Positions 1 to 11,926 of a stretch of DNA of 64,000 nt are shown here, piece by piece. Position 1 is the stretch's first letter; each line of letters starts with the position of its first letter. Made by a program: the position numbers and the translations under genes. The notes under the pieces were generated by a model, which was not told the DNA's origin, searched no databases, and worked only from the letters and a program-made list of their open reading frames with translations. Source of the DNA: Dictyostelium discoideum (Eukaryota); assembly GCA_000004695.1 (NCBI GenBank), contig CM000151.3, positions 7,744,001 through 7,808,000 on the forward strand, read 5' to 3'.

Positions 1-81
<81 letters not shown>

Positions 82-236
82 GTAATAATAATAATAATAA
101 TATTTCAAATGATCTCACGAATAATAGTGAAGTTAATCCTGAGAAAAGTACTAATAATGAAAAAACTAATGATAATAATAATAATAATAACAACAATATA
201 AATACTCCTTTTGAACCAATTTCATTACCAGATGAA

Positions 237-302
<66 letters not shown>

Positions 303-353
303 GAAACAAATTCTGAGAAAAGTTATACAAATAATTGTGACGAAGTTGACTGA
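1..353 (+). CDS. 3' terminal coding segment of an upstream gene (window-truncated). Asn-rich C-terminus.
   Basis: The frame with codons at 93,96,... reads ...[49 protein letters not shown](N)n..[17 protein letters not shown], then TGA at 351-353. Non-repeat codons are interspersed with the (AAT)n, which argues for real coding. An AT-rich 3' flank follows. Confidence 0.4.
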
Positions 354-600
354 TTCTTTAATAAATTTTAAATTATATATCATAAATTAAAAAAAAAAAA
401 AAAAAAAAATGGAAAAAATAAAAATAAACTCCTAACCGATTTTTAGACTTTTTGTTTAAGCATTCGCGAATCTATTTTTTTATTTTTTAATATATTTTCA
501 TTTTTATTTTCATTTTGGGAGTTTCAGTGGTTTTTTTATGCAATTGTAAGAGTAATTAATTTCGTAATCATTCTATCACAAAATCAAAATTAAAAAAATT

Positions 601-640
<40 letters not shown>

Positions 641-743
641 TTTAAAGAGAATTTTTCAATTTAAAAATAAAAATAAAAAGAAAACCAATAAATAAATAAT
701 TAATTAAATATATAAATATATTAAAAAAAAAAAAAAAAAAAAA

Positions 744-1848
744 ATGAGTATTGTTGAAAATAATGATAATTTAGTAGCAGTAACTGGTGCTACAGGTTTC
801 CTTGGTGCATACATCGTTAGAGACTTATTAGAACAAAATTACAGAGTTTTAGCATTTGTTCGTGATCCATATAATCAAGAAAAATTAAAAACTTTAAAAA
901 GTTTTGATCCAACTGGCTCAAAATTAACCTTTACTGGTGGTGATCTTGAAACTGTAATTATATATTATTAAAAAATAATTATAAAAATAATAATAATAAA
1001 TTAACTAATTTTTATTTATTTATTTTTTTTAAAAAAAAAAAAAAAAAAAGATTGATTATGAAAAAGAATTAAAAAATGTTAATTATGTAATTCATACAGC
1101 ATCACCATTTAAATATTCATCCCCAGATCCTTGGGGTGAAATTATTAATCCAGCAATTAATGGTACACTTGGTGTATTGAAAGCTGCTTCAAAAATATCA
1201 ACTATTAAGAAAGTAATTGTAACTTCATCAGGTTTGGCAGTGTATGATATTGGAACAAAGAAACCTGAAATTAATGATGATGATTGGAGTAATGTGCAAG
1301 ATCCAATTAACCAACCATATCCATATAGTAAAGTAGCTGCTGAGAAAAAAGCATGGGAATATATTAAAGAAAATAATGAAAATCCATCCACAAATCATTT
1401 TAAATTGGTCGTTATTAACCCATCCTATATCTTAGGAGCGGCTTTATCACCATTAGTGAATGCAAGTGTTGCTACAATCGTCAGACATTTAACATTAGCT
1501 GAAAAACCAAGAAATGTTGCGATTGGTGTTGTTGACGTTAGAGATGTTTCAAGATCGCATTTAATCGCTTTGGAAAATGATGATGCCAATGATCAAAGAT
1601 TATTAGTTAGTGCTAAAGTTGTAACATTTAAAAGTATATCCGATTCAATAGTTCAATTATTTCCACAATTTAAATTTAATACAAATACTTTGAATAATGA
1701 AGATCCTGAACCATTCATTTTCAACTTGAAATCAACTAAATTGGATAAATTAAATTTTGGACAATTCATACCATTTGATGAAACTCTTAAAACTATGACT
1801 AAACATTTACTAGATTTAAAAATAATTAATCCTGAATTAAAAAATTAA
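744..1848 (+). CDS. NAD(P)-dependent epimerase/dehydratase-family (extended SDR; cinnamoyl-CoA/dihydroflavonol reductase-like) protein, 2 exons join(744..953,1051..1848).
   Basis: Exon 1 is MSIVENNDNLVAVTGATGFLGAYIVRDLLEQNYRVLAFVRDP..GGDLET with a Rossmann TGATGFLG motif. Donor is GTAATT at 954; acceptor is A(18)G at 1050. Exon 2 is in frame (IDYEKELKNVNYVIHTASPF...) and contains the YxxxK catalytic motif (YPYSK). Stop TAA at 1846-1848. Confidence 0.8.
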
Positions 1849-2560
1849 TTTTTAAAAATTCTAAAAATAGAAATAAAAAAAATTAAAAATAAAATAAAAT
1901 AAACAAACTAGTAAAAAATAAATAAATTATTTATTTTATATTAAATAAATTCAATCAAAAAATAAGATTTACTTGAAATTATTATAATTATTACTATTAT
2001 TAAATAAACAAGTTAAACAAATAATTTAGGTATTTTTTTAAATTAATTTAATCAAAAAAAAAAAAAAAAAAACAAAAAAAAAGATTTTACCAAAATTATT
2101 TGTTTCACTTGTTTATTTAATAATTATAATAATAATAATAATAATAATTTAGGTAAATTTTTTTTTTTTTTTTTTTTCGAGTGATGCCAATACTCAAAAA
2201 AAAAAGAAAATATTTTTTCACTTGGAATTTTCAAATTGTTTTTTTTTTTTTTGTATGCTTTTGGAACCCTAAAAAAAAACACATCAACAAAACCTGATTT
2301 TTCGCTATAAAAAATTTTATTTTATTTTAATTATTTTAATTTTAAATTTATTTTTTTTATTTATTTTTTTTTTTAAAAAATTTTTTTTTTTTTTTTTTTT
2401 AAATTTTTTTATTTTTTTTTTTTTTTATTTTTTTTATTTTATAATTCCCAAACTTTTAATATTAAATATTATTTTTTTTTTAACACGTAATAAATAATTG
2501 GAAAAAAATAAAAAAAATAAAAAAAATAAAAAAAATAAAAAAATAAAAAAATAAATAAAA

Positions 2561-3278
2561 ATGGCATTTGATAATAACAATAACAATGAAAATGAAAAAA
2601 CTCCATTAGTACAAGCAGCAGCACCACAACCACAAGTACAACCAATTCAAGCTGTACAATATAATAATTTACAACCACAACAATTCTATTACCCACCAAT
2701 TCAACAACAACAACAACAATTTGCTTATCAACAACAAATCCCACAACAACAACAATCACAAACATATGCTGCACCACCACCAGGTTACGTTTATGCACCA
2801 GCTCCACAATACCAAATTGCACCACAATATCAACCAACCCCAATCATTGTTGAAAAATGTCATTCACAAAAATCTCACACATCTAAAGATACTACTGGTG
2901 CTATCATCATTTTCATTTTAGGTGTAAGTATTTTTTTTTTTAAAATAATGGAAAAAAAAAAAAAAAAAAAAAAAAACAGGAATAAAAAACGAAAAAAACA
3001 AAAAAAAAAAAAAAAAAAAGATATTTTTTAGATATTAATTTTTTAATTTTTTTTTTTTTTTTAAAAAATTTTAGTTCTTTGTTTCTTGTGTATGGTTAGC
3101 TGGTTGTTTATATTTCAGATCTAAAGAACCAGTTGCCAGAGGTTTAGGTATTTTATCAGTTGTTCTCTTTGTTATTGGTGTAATTGTTGCTATCATTGTT
3201 CTTTCAGTTGCTCTCGCTGGATCTTCAACCTATTCATACTACAATTATTCATCTGAAAGCAGTAGTTATTATTATTAA
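2561..3278 (+). CDS. Small Pro/Gln-rich membrane protein with C-terminal hydrophobic helices (CD225/dispanin-like or BRI3-like), 2 exons join(2561..2923,3075..3278).
   Basis: The N-terminus is PQ/PPxY-rich (QPQQFYYPPIQQQQQQFAYQQQ..PPPGYVYAPAPQYQ). Donor GTAAGT at 2924; acceptor TTTTAG at 3069-3074. Exon 2 is FFVSCVWLAGCLYFRSKEPVARGLGILSVVLFVIGVIVAIIVLSVALAG...SYYY*. The motif C.WLAGCLYFRSKE resembles the CD225 C..G..A.AYS.KSRD signature. Confidence 0.65.
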
Positions 3279-3299
3279 TAATATTGTATAATCAAACGT

Positions 3300-3335
<36 letters not shown>

Positions 3336-4047
3336 AACCAACAAAAATTTAATGATCAATGAATCAATTGTAAGAAAAAAAAAAAAAACCATCAAAAAAA
3401 AAAAAAAAATTAAATTAAGATATAATTTTCCAATCTGTAATAAAAAGTACCAAAACAATTTAATGGTAAAAAAAATAAAAATAAAAATAAAATAAAATAA
3501 AAAAAAATAATATTATAAAAATAAAAATAGACTTTATTAAAATAGTTTTTTAACCTTTTTTGGAAATATTTGTTTTTTATTATTTTTAGATTTTTTAATT
3601 ATTATTAAACTTGTAAAAAAAAAAAAAAAATTAATAATAATAATAATCAACAAATAAATTTAAATATGTATGATTTTTTTTTTTTTATTTTTCTTTTTTT
3701 ACAAGTTTAATAGTTAATGATGGTGAGAGTATAATTTTATTAATAAACAAACGAATATATGAATGTATGTTTTATTTAAATCATTAATCAATTTTTTTCA
3801 ATAATAAAAATTATTTTAAACCCCTTCAGATAATTATCTGAAAAAAACCAGTGAACATTTTTTTTTTTCTCTGAAATTATTTTTATTTTATTTTTTTTTT
3901 TGTTTTGTTTTGTTTATTTTTTTATTTTTTTATTTTTTTATTTTTTTTATTTTATTTTGTTTTTTTTTTTTTTTTTTTATTTTATTGACATTAACAAATA
4001 AATATAAAAAATATAATAATTATTAATCACTCATATAAAATAAAATA

Positions 4048-4806
4048 ATGAACAATAATAATAATAAAATAAAAATAGAAAAAGAAATAATAAATGAACT
4101 TTGCATAAAAGAAAATTCATTTTATTTAAAAAATATATTAAAATTAATAAACTACAAATATTATAATAATAATAATTTAACAGAATTACAGAGAGTTCAA
4201 TTAAATAATATTATATTAAATATAAAATCACCATATAGATTAATAAAACAAGAATATTTTAATATTTCAGTTGAAGAGATTGAAAAAAATGTTGACTTAT
4301 TTAATGATTTAAATGATCATATTGATTATATTGAAAAAGTTGCAACCCATTTCTTAAATAATATTGATTTGATTCATATATTTAATAATTTATTAGATGG
4401 TTATTATAATTTTGAAAAAGAATTAATTAAAAGAATTTTTACAAGAAATGAAAATAATAATAATAATAAAAATAAAAATGGTGATATATTTTGTGATATT
4501 GTATCAAATTCTTTATTATTATTTGAAGATTTAAAATATAGAGAACTTTCAATTTCAAATTTAAATAAATTATCTACAATAAAAGAAAATATAAATTATT
4601 TTTCATTTATTGGAAATAGTGATAACTCAAATCTAGAAAATAAAAAAAATCAATATTATTATAATTGTAAATTTGAAAATTCAGAATATTCATTAAAACC
4701 GGCTCATCAAAATGCGACTTACCAATTTTATAATAATTTATTTCCAAATAAAAATGAATTAATATCTCCAACTCAATTAATAATTGGTTTTAATTTATTA
4801 AATCCA

Positions 4807-4853
<47 letters not shown>

Positions 4854-5397
4854 TAATTCAAATAATAATAATAATAATTTAAATAAAAAAAATGAAATAT
4901 TATCATTATTTACAATTAAAAAATCAAAAGAGAAACAAGAGAATTTTCAAAATATTAAAAAATTAATTTTTCATAAACCTGAAATTATTGATAAAATTGA
5001 TATTGAAAGTTATAGTGCACATTTTATAAGTAGTTTATTATTTTTCCAAAATGATTATGAAATTAATTGTTCAGATTTTACAATTAGAGTTTGTAGTAAT
5101 AATAATAATGATGATAATAATTTTCATTCAATTGAAAGGGATGAATTATTTACAATGACAAATAAAGAATGTAAACAAATTAATATTCAAATTAGAACTT
5201 CAAATATTTTATATACTCTTTCAAATTTAATGTCAAAACCAATTCATCAATCAATTGTAAATTTTATTCTCTCACAAAATCCAAATATTTTCATAATGAA
5301 TTGGTTAGTTTCATTATATAATAAACAACAATCAATATATCAAAAAATGTATACTGAATCAATGAAAATAATAACTGATTTATCTTCTATAAATAAC

Positions 5398-5432
<35 letters not shown>

Positions 5433-6051
5433 TAATAATAATAATAATAAAAATAATAATAATAATAATCATATTATAAATAATAATAATATTGGTATAT
5501 TAAATCAATTATTTTTAAATTTTGATGAAGGTTTAATAAAAGAAATGTTAGATAGATTTAAAAAAATTCAAAAAATTTTAAAAAGATCTTTAAATAATAA
5601 TAATAATAACAGTGATAATAATGATAATAGTAATAGTGAAAAAAAATTAATTACACATTATGATTTATTAAAGAAAATAAAACCAGTTACTTATTATTAT
5701 TATATGGCATTATCATATGAATATATTGATCCATATAATAATATATATAAACATGATTATATTGATTTATTAAGAAGGAATCCTCCAAAAGATATTAGAA
5801 AATTTAATAAATTATTATTATCACAAGATTATAGGGAAGGAAATATTCAACATAATAAAATCTCTTTAAAAGAAGCAATTCAAGAATTAATTTTAAATTC
5901 ACCTGTTAAAGATTTTACAATTAAAAATCAACAACAACTACTACAACAACAAAATTCAGAATCATTCATTAAAAAATGGAAATTAATGATTGAATCTTTA
6001 AATTTAACAGACTTTAAATATCATCAATCTTGGTTAAGCCAATCAATTTAA
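4048..6051 (+). CDS. Asn-rich hypothetical protein (667 aa ORF, apparently single exon). No recognisable domain.
   Basis: Uninterrupted 2-kb ORF with Dictyostelium codon bias and several poly-N tracts. Non-repeat stretches (e.g. KPIHQSIVNFILSQNPNIFIMNWLVSLYNKQQSIYQKMYTESMKIITDL) look protein-like. Confidence 0.55.
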
Positions 6052-6149
6052 TTTTAAAAAAGAAAATAAAAACAATAATAATAATAATAAATAATTAAAA
6101 AAAAAAACAAATCAACAACTTTTTTTTTTTTTTTCTCAAAACCTAAAAT

Positions 6150-6360
6150 TATGTTTGAATAAGGAAATATGGTAAAATAAATAAAATAAAAAATAAAATA
6201 AAGAATAAAACAAAACTTAACTCAAATAGGTGATAACATTTAAATACAAAAATTCCCAACCCAATCCTCGGGTAGGTCTCACTCTCTTTTTTTTTTTTTT
6301 CAGATATTTTTTTTTTTTTTGATTACTATTTTTAGATTTTTTTTTCTTTTACTTTTTTAT
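6150..6360 (+). repeat. Copy A of a ~200-bp dispersed/duplicated segment (see copy B at 8262..8470).
   Basis: Shared blocks in the same order and orientation: atgtttga(a/t)taaggaaatat ... aaataggt.at.a.ttaaata.aaaa.tcccaacc.aatcctc..gt... actc, then T-run, then attattatttttagattttttttt. The identical blocks are GC-containing and were matched by eye. Confidence 0.5.
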
Positions 6361-6721
6361 TTTCCGCCTTAAAAAAAAAAAAAAATTTTTTCATTTGAAT
6401 TAAAAAAAATAAATAAAAAAAAGATTTTTATTTTATTTTTTAAATAAATGAGACATATGATGTCATTAATATTTTTTATTTTATTTTTCCTAGAAATAGA
6501 TATACATTGTTGATATTGCCTATTCAATGAAGTTAACTTTATTTTTTTGAGTCCCAACAAAACTTAAAAAAAAAACTATTATTTTAATTTTTAATTTTTT
6601 TCAAAAAATAAATATCTAACGATATTTTTATAGTTTTTTTTTTTTTATATAAAATTAACATGGTTTTTTTTTTTTATTTTTTTATTTTATTTTCAAACCA
6701 AAACACGTTACACGAAAAAAA

Positions 6722-7531
6722 ATGACTACTATGCTTAAAGAATCATATAAATTAATATTAATATTATTCGTATCATTATTTGTTACATGCTCATTATGTA
6801 TCAATTATCAACCAACCACTGATGATGATTTAAATTCATCTGAACCAACTCAAAAATGTGTATTTGTTGATGATGATGGAAAGACTATTGATTTGACTCC
6901 AATCCAAGGGTACTTATTATAATATAAATTAATTTAAATCTTCCACCCAAACTAACCATTTTTTTTTATTTTTTATTTTTATTTTTTTATTTATTTTATA
7001 GGGGTTACTCTTATTTTGATGCACCAAGCGGTACTGAAGTATGTAGTTAAATTATAAATACATAATTATTAATTTATTTTTTTATTTAAAATTGTATGGA
7101 AAACTTTGTTTTTTAACTTTATTTTTATTTTTTTTTTTAATTTTTATTTTTAGTATCATTATGGAATTTGTTCACCAAATAAATATTGTCAAAAATTATT
7201 AAATACAGATGTTGAAATTGAATCATGTGGTATATTCTCATCACCAAATGTAACATATGCAATTAGTTTATTTGATAGTAATACAAATTCAGTTCAAGTT
7301 TATACAGAAGTTACAAATTTATTTTATTATAGAAATGTTGGTGTAAATGTTTGTCCAGGTAATGGTTTAATGTCAATGCAATTAGAATTAAATTGTAATT
7401 ATTATTTTAATTTTACTGTCCATACTGTTTTACAAGCTAGAACTTGTAATACCATAATTTCAATTGGTACAATTCATGCATGTGAAGCCGGTAGTAAACC
7501 AGATGATACTCATGTTTCTTTAAATATTTAA
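6722..7531 (+). CDS. Secreted protein with mannose-6-phosphate-receptor-homology (MRH)-like domain, 3 exons join(6722..6909,7002..7038,7154..7531).
   Basis: Signal peptide MTTMLKESYKLILILFVSLFVTCSLC. Donors GTACTT at 6910 and GTATGT at 7039; acceptors TTTTATAG at 7001 and TTTTAG at 7153. The phases join cleanly. The spliced product contains C-VFVDDDGKTIDLTPIQG-GYSYFDAPSGTEYHYGICSPNKYC..C..C..C, which matches the MRH pattern C...Y.(F/Y)DLS.L....Y.Y..N.C. Stop TAA at 7529-7531. Confidence 0.6.
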
Positions 7532-7815
7532 AATAAAATTTAATTAAATAACTATATTTAGTATTTTCTTAAAATAAATCATTATATTTTGAATATAATC
7601 AAAAAATGAGATGTTGTTTTTATACTTTTTTATTATATGTTAATATAGACGTTATTAATTTACAAAATAAAGGTAAAAGTGTTTTTTTTAATAAATGATA
7701 ATTTTTTTTTTATTTTTTAAATAATTTTTTTTCTTTTTTTAAATTACTTATTAAGTTCACAAGTTTTATAAAATTCAAATACCCTTTGAGTTGATATTAA
7801 AGTTATATTTACATA

Positions 7816-8290
7816 TTATTTTAAATCACTATTGTTAGGAAATTGCGATAGCAAATTATTAGAATACATTTTTGCTTTTTCAATAGCCTCATTGGTTAGG
7901 TTGATAGTTTGATCCATTGCAATTTGAATTGAACCACATTGTTAAGTAATTATTTTAACCAAATTAACAAAACTTTTTTCTTTAAATTCTTTTTTGAATG
8001 ATGAACAATCATTTACTAAAATGCCAACTGAACCAATCCAAAAAATAAACTCTTTAAAATTTTCAGAGTATTTAATGTTATTTGATAAAGTAAGATGTAA
8101 TGAAAAACAAGCTATACAATGTCCATGACCACCATCAAGAGCTCTTAAATTTAAATAATAAATAGGTTCATATTTAATAAAACATCATTTGACTTATTAA
8201 TATATTGAGAAAATGATTTTTCAATAAATCTTGAACCCATGACCCAATCTTTTGTAATCAAAATGTTTGATTAAGGAAATATTGCAAATC
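7816..8290 (-). pseudogene. Degenerate terpene-synthase-like C-terminal fragment (frame-disrupted).
   Basis: The minus strand reads ..YEPIYYLNLRALDGGHGHCIACFSLHLTLSNNIKYSENFKEFIFWIGSVGILVNDCSSFKKEFKEKSFVNLVKIIT*QCGSIQIAMDQTINLTNEAIEKAKMYSNNLLSQFPNNSDLK*. VNDCSSFKKE fits the class I terpene synthase NSE/DTE metal-binding motif (N/D)D(L/I/V)x(S/T)xxxE. There is an in-frame TAA, and upstream stops with no splice signals. No DDxxD region is present; it would lie under the neighbouring gene. Confidence 0.25.
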
Positions 8291-8453
8291 CCAAAATAAT
8301 ATTCTCTAAAAATGGGATTTAATTTTAAAATAAAAATAAAGTCTTTCTCAAAAAAATAGGTTATCATTTAAATACTAAAACTCCCAACCTAATCCTCAAG
8401 TGTGCAACGCACTCACTCATTTTTTTTTTTTTTTTAATTATTATTTTTAGATT

Positions 8454-8470
<17 letters not shown>
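8262..8470 (+). repeat. Copy B of the ~200-bp duplicated segment (see 6150..6360).
   Basis: Same ordered blocks as copy A (...gattaaggaaatat...aaataggttatcatttaaatactaaaactcccaacctaatcctcaagtg..actcactc, T-run, attattatttttagattttttttt). It lies immediately 5' of the ORF starting at 8504, as copy A lies 5' of the gene at 6722. Confidence 0.5.
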
Positions 8471-8503
<33 letters not shown>

Positions 8504-8506
<3 letters not shown>

Positions 8507-10040
8507 AAAAAATATCATTTAATAACAATGAATAAAATTGTAATAATTAAAAATCAAACCATAATTATAAAAATTATAAATTATTTAACATCATTTTGGG
8601 TTAGTGGTGGTAAATTTGGAGATTCATCGTCAAATGAAATGTTTTCATTAGTTTTTATTGGGATAGTACGTGATTTATCAATGGTTTCAAAGGAATGGTA
8701 TAATACAATAATACCAATTGGATTGAAATTACCACAATACTATCTACTAAATGAAAGTGAATTATTGAATAAAGGAATTAAAAGAATGATTAATTCAAAA
8801 TCAATATTCATTAAATTAGGTAGTGTTACAAATGCTAATCATAAATCTAGATTATTAAATGAATTCAGTGATTCGATATCATCGATTACATTAAAACCAA
8901 ATTTCAATGCAACTGATATAAGTAATAGTAACCAATTCAATATTAAACCATGGTGTTTTAAAAATTTACAAAGTTTACAACTAAATTTAGGAGATTATCC
9001 AAATTGGAAAATTTATTTAAATCATTTATTCCCAATTAATCAATTCAATTCACAAATTAATGCTACAAATGATCAATTAGAATTATTAAATAAATTACAT
9101 AATGATTCAAATTGTGTTAATTTAACATCAATTAATGAAATTACAAATAATAATAATAATAATAATTATTATAATTTTGATTGGACAAATCAATTGAAAA
9201 CTTTAATATTAGATTTCACCACTACCACTACCAACACTACAAATGCCACCACTGATTTTGATTTAACAATTTTTGATAATTTCATTAAATTGGGTGGTTT
9301 TTATAAATTAAATACTTTAAAATTGAAATCAAATTTAAAGAGAGTTGATGGTTTATGTTCAGAATTAACCAAAAAAGTTGAAACATTTCAATTATATGGT
9401 ATTAGAATTGATAGTGAACAAATTTCAAAATTACTTGCATCAACTTCAAATAATTTAAAATTCTTTGAAACTTCACAATGTTTACCATTAATTGGATCAA
9501 AATCAATTTGTGAAACTTTGAAATCAATTTTTTCAAATTCAAATAATTCTTGTAAATTAGAATCATATCATCAAACTTCATACTCTAATGAAGATTTAAA
9601 TGATTTAATATCACTTTTATCATCATCAAATAATGAAAATTTTAAATCTTTGAAAATTAATAGTCAAATTGAACTTTCAAAAAATTCAAACTCCAATAAC
9701 AATAACAACAGTGGTAGTGGTAGTAGTATTGGTTATAATCAATCATCAATTCAATATCTATCATTAATATTACCAGACACAAGTTTTTGTAAATTTATTT
9801 TCTCAAAAGTTTCATTTAAATTAACAACTTTAAATCTTAAATTTATAAGATTCTATTCATCAAATTTAAACGATAAATTAAATAATGATACAGAAATGAT
9901 TGATATTATAATTGAAATTTTAAAAAATCAAAATCAATCTTTAAAAATTTTAAAAATTCAAAATACTATTTCAGATTTAGATAAATTAAAACAAAATCCA
10001 ATTAATTGTTCAATTTCAAAATTATTATCTTTTATTTGTG

Positions 10041-10078
<38 letters not shown>

Positions 10079-10672
10079 AATGAAATTGAAATTGAAGAGA
10101 ATCAATTAGAAGAGATTAATTTAAGAAATTTTTGGATTTCAAAAGAAACAATTATAACAACATTATCATCATTTAATAATAATTCAAAATCAAAGGTTAA
10201 ATCATTCTATATTTCAGGTTTATCTGATTTTAAGCCAACTGATATTAGTCATACTTTATTATCAAATGATACAATTTGTAAATTAATTTCATTTGGAATT
10301 TCACTAATGTCAATTAAAGATAGGGATGATAATAGTAAAACCACTACCGCCACCACCACCACCTCTTTAAAAAACAAGTTTTCTTCTGCTTTTAGAAATA
10401 CATTTTCAAATATTAATGAAATTAATGATTGTGATAAAAATTATTTAAAACTTTTAATTGAAATTTTAAAATCAAATAAAATAATTCAACATATTGAAAT
10501 TAATACACCAACACATCAATTCACAACTGGTTTGGAGGAACTAATATCAACAATTAAAAATAATAAAACTATAGTTTCAATTGGTTTAAATATAAATAAT
10601 AATAATTTTATTAATCAATGTTTAAATAATAGTATTTATCCATACTTTAATCCACCATCAATTAATTATTAA
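8504..10672 (+). CDS. Asn/Ser-rich protein with F-box-like N-terminus and LRR-like repeats (722-aa ORF).
   Basis: Long open frame. The N-terminal segment FSLVFIGIVRDLSMVSKEWYNTIIP resembles an F-box (..VCK.W). Downstream there are repeated L..L.L..N..I and LxxLxL patterns typical of F-box/LRR proteins. A (CAA)n poly-Q tract lies at 10046-10080. Confidence 0.5.
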
Positions 10673-10831
10673 ATAAAGAAATATTTTAAATAATTGTTTT
10701 TTTTTTTATAATTTTTATAATTTTTTTATATATATTTTTTTTTTTTTTATTTTATTATTTTATTATTTATTTATTTATTTATTATTACCATTTATAATTA
10801 TTATTTAATTATTTAATTATTTAATTGTTTT

Positions 10832-11668
10832 TTAACGATAAAGATAATCAGCAGCAATATTTGAAGCGATTTCAGTTTCCCATCTATCACCATTTGCAAG
10901 TAATTTCTCTTTATTATATAAAAGTTCTAATCTAGTTTCGGTGGTGAATTCAAAGTTTGGACCTTCAACAATTGCATCTACTGGACAAGCTTCTTGACAG
11001 AAACCACAATAAATACATTTAGTCATATCGATATCGTAACGAGTTGTTCTTCTTGAACCATCTTGTCTTGGTTCTGCTTCAATTGTAATTGCTTGAGCTG
11101 GACAAATTGCTTCACAAAGTTTACATGCAATACATCTTTCTTCACCAGTTGGATATCTTCTTAAAGCATGTTCACCACGGAAACGTGGTGATAATGGACC
11201 CTTTTCGAAAGGATAATTTATTGTACATTTCTTTCTAAAAAAGTATCCCATTGTAATATATAAACCCCACATAATTTCTGTCATAAAGAATGCTGTTGCT
11301 GCATCATCAACTACTTTTTTAAATGTTGGTGGTTTATCTTGCTAAAAAATTTAATTATATATATAATTTTTTTTTTTTTTTTATTCAATATTATTAATAT
11401 CCTGGTAAATATTATTATATAAAGCGTATATATTACACAATTTTTTTATTTGTTTTTATTTTTTATTTCATTGATTTTCAGTGATTTTAAGTGATCATCA
11501 AAAATAAAAATATAAAAAATATATATGTATTTTATAAATACTCACTTCTTTTTCCCATCTTGCAAGAGTTGGTTTTGAAGTTTGAAATGATCTAACTCCA
11601 AATTGAATACCACCAATTTGATGTTTATTTTGTGAATTTAAACCTGTTCTTACAAATCTTGATAACAT
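10832..11668 (-). CDS. ndufs8: NADH-ubiquinone oxidoreductase 23 kDa Fe-S subunit (NDUFS8/TYKY/NuoI homologue), mitochondrial precursor, 2 exons join(complement: 11668..11546, 11341..10832).
   Basis: Exon 1 is [41 protein letters not shown], a mitochondrial presequence. Donor GTGAGT at 11545; acceptor TTTTAG at 11343. Exon 2 is [95 protein letters not shown].., i.e. two CxxCxxCxxxCP 4Fe-4S motifs, highly similar to TYKY. An alternative in-frame upstream ATG exists at 11707. Confidence 0.88.
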
Positions 11669-11926
11669 TATTGCAAATATATGTGTAATTAAATCACAAT
11701 AAAACACAACAATGACAAAAAAAAAAAAAAAAAATAAATAATAAATTGAAAAAAATCAAAAAAAAAAAAAAAAAAAAAAAATTTTGTTTTAAAAAAAAAA
11801 AAAATAAAAAAAATAAAAAAAAAAAATAAAAAAAAAAAAAATAAAAGTTCGAAGTATAAAAGGATCACTAGTTTTTCATTTTTTTTTTTTTATTTTTTTT
11901 TTTTTTTTTTTTTTTCAAAAATTAAA

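Noticed and set aside
1092-1391. 99-aa minus-strand ORF
   Set aside because: It is antisense to exon 2 of the epimerase gene, has no splice or start context, and lacks AT-rich codon bias.
6369-6560. 63-aa minus ORF and short palindrome near tgagacatatgatgtcatta
   Set aside because: The ORF is low-complexity with no motif and the palindrome is imperfect. It is treated as spacer adjacent to repeat copy A.
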